A stretch of 64,000 bases of DNA, taken from assembly GCF_009914755.1 (NCBI RefSeq), contig NC_060931.1, one strand, 5' to 3'. Made by a program: the position numbers and the translations under genes. The notes below the pieces were generated by a model, which was not told the origin of the DNA, ran no database searches, and was given only the letters and a program-made list of their open reading frames with translations. Origin of the DNA: the human T2T-CHM13v2.0 reference genome, Homo sapiens. This document shows, one piece after another, positions 61,500-64,000 of the stretch. Numbering within the stretch: the stretch's first letter is position 1; each line of letters opens with the position of its first letter.

Positions 61500-62245
61500 G
61501 GAAGGACCTGGTGGAAGGTAATTGGATTATAGAGGTGGTTCCCTAATGCTGTTCTTGTGATAGTGAGGGAGTTCTCATGAGATCTGGTTGTTTGGTAGGT
61601 GTCTGGCATTTCCCCCGTACTTTCACTCTCTCCTGCCACCTTGTAAAGAAGGTGCTTGCTTCTCCTTTGCCTTCCAGCATGATTGTAAGTTTCCTGATCC
61701 ATGCAGAACTGTGAATCAGGTAAACCTTTTTCCTTTATAAATTACCTAGCCTCAGGTAGTATCTTTACAGCAGTGTGAGAACAGAGTAATACACAGAGGC
61801 TCCTTAACCTTGGCAGGGGGCTTTCTGGAGAAACTGACACGCATTTTCAGACCTGAAGGATAAGCAGGAACCATTCAATTAACGGAGTAGAAATGAGAAA
61901 AATGTTTTCCACAGAGAAAGCAAACAAGCTACATTCCTGAAGCAAGAGAGAACATCACAGCCCATTTATGAAATAACACAGAATTCTATGTAGCTGAAGT
62001 GTACACAGTTGTGATTCAATGAGATAAATGGTGGGAGGGTTGGAGGGTGGAGTTGAATGGGTGGGACTGGGAGGAGTCAGCAGGAATAATAAACAAGGAT
62101 ACTGAGATGTGAGTGAGGCTGAGAGAGTGAAGGGCTGTGAAGATGCCCTGTGAGAGAATTTAAATTTTATCCTGAGGGTAGTGAGGAGCCACCGAAGCAT
62201 GAGAGAAGCAGGATCAGATTTGTGCTTTAAAAAGAATACTTCTTA

Positions 62246-64000
<1,755 letters not shown>

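Larger units (their letters stand above)
58251..61793 (+). mobile_element. Full-length THE1D/MSTA-type MaLR provirus (5'LTR 58251-58613, internal 58614-60236, 3'LTR 60237-61793 split by MER52)
   Basis: Two LTRs starting TG(C/A)TATGGTTTGG and ending TAA(C/T)ACA. Internal region begins GAGAATTGGTA and carries the MaLR ORF remnant (WNFELERDDLGYLVEEISKQQ). 5-bp TSD CAGAC/CAGAG. Confidence 0.93.
58030..62230 (-). mobile_element. L2 3' fragment split by the THE1 provirus (58030-58250 and 61794-62230)
   Basis: CAACAAATATTCACTGAGCACC...GAACAAGACATAGTC, resuming as GGCTTTCTGGAG...AGACCTGAAGGATAAGCAGGA...TTTTATCCTGAGGGTAGTGAGGAGCCAC. Confidence 0.65.

Overview
This is primate (human-like) non-coding genomic DNA, either intergenic or deep intronic. 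I found no protein-coding exon, processed mRNA pseudogene, tRNA or CRISPR array. The ORFs in the track are repeat-derived (L1 ORF1/ORF2 remnants, a MaLR internal ORF, Alu frames) or short chance frames. Much of the window is recognisable transposable-element sequence: 6 Alus plus a FAM monomer, many old L1M/L2/MIR fragments, an L1PA7/8 5' segment, about 14 ERV/MaLR LTR elements including a full-length THE1D-like provirus, hAT MITEs (MER1A, MER5, MER20, MER91), and a 3'-truncated 5S rRNA retropseudogene. I cannot support a new biological system here. The best leads are: (1) an L1PA 5'UTR+ORF1 fragment with no 3' end but an apparent target-site duplication (TSD), possibly extreme twin priming; (2) a tailless 5S retrocopy inside an ERV1 LTR; (3) a three-level L2>THE1D>MER52 nest; (4) a frame-preserving 33-bp minisatellite; (5) two CpG-retaining, repeat-free candidate enhancers. 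Repeat subfamily names come from remembered consensus sequences, and boundaries of old elements are approximate. Confirm with RepeatMasker/Dfam.
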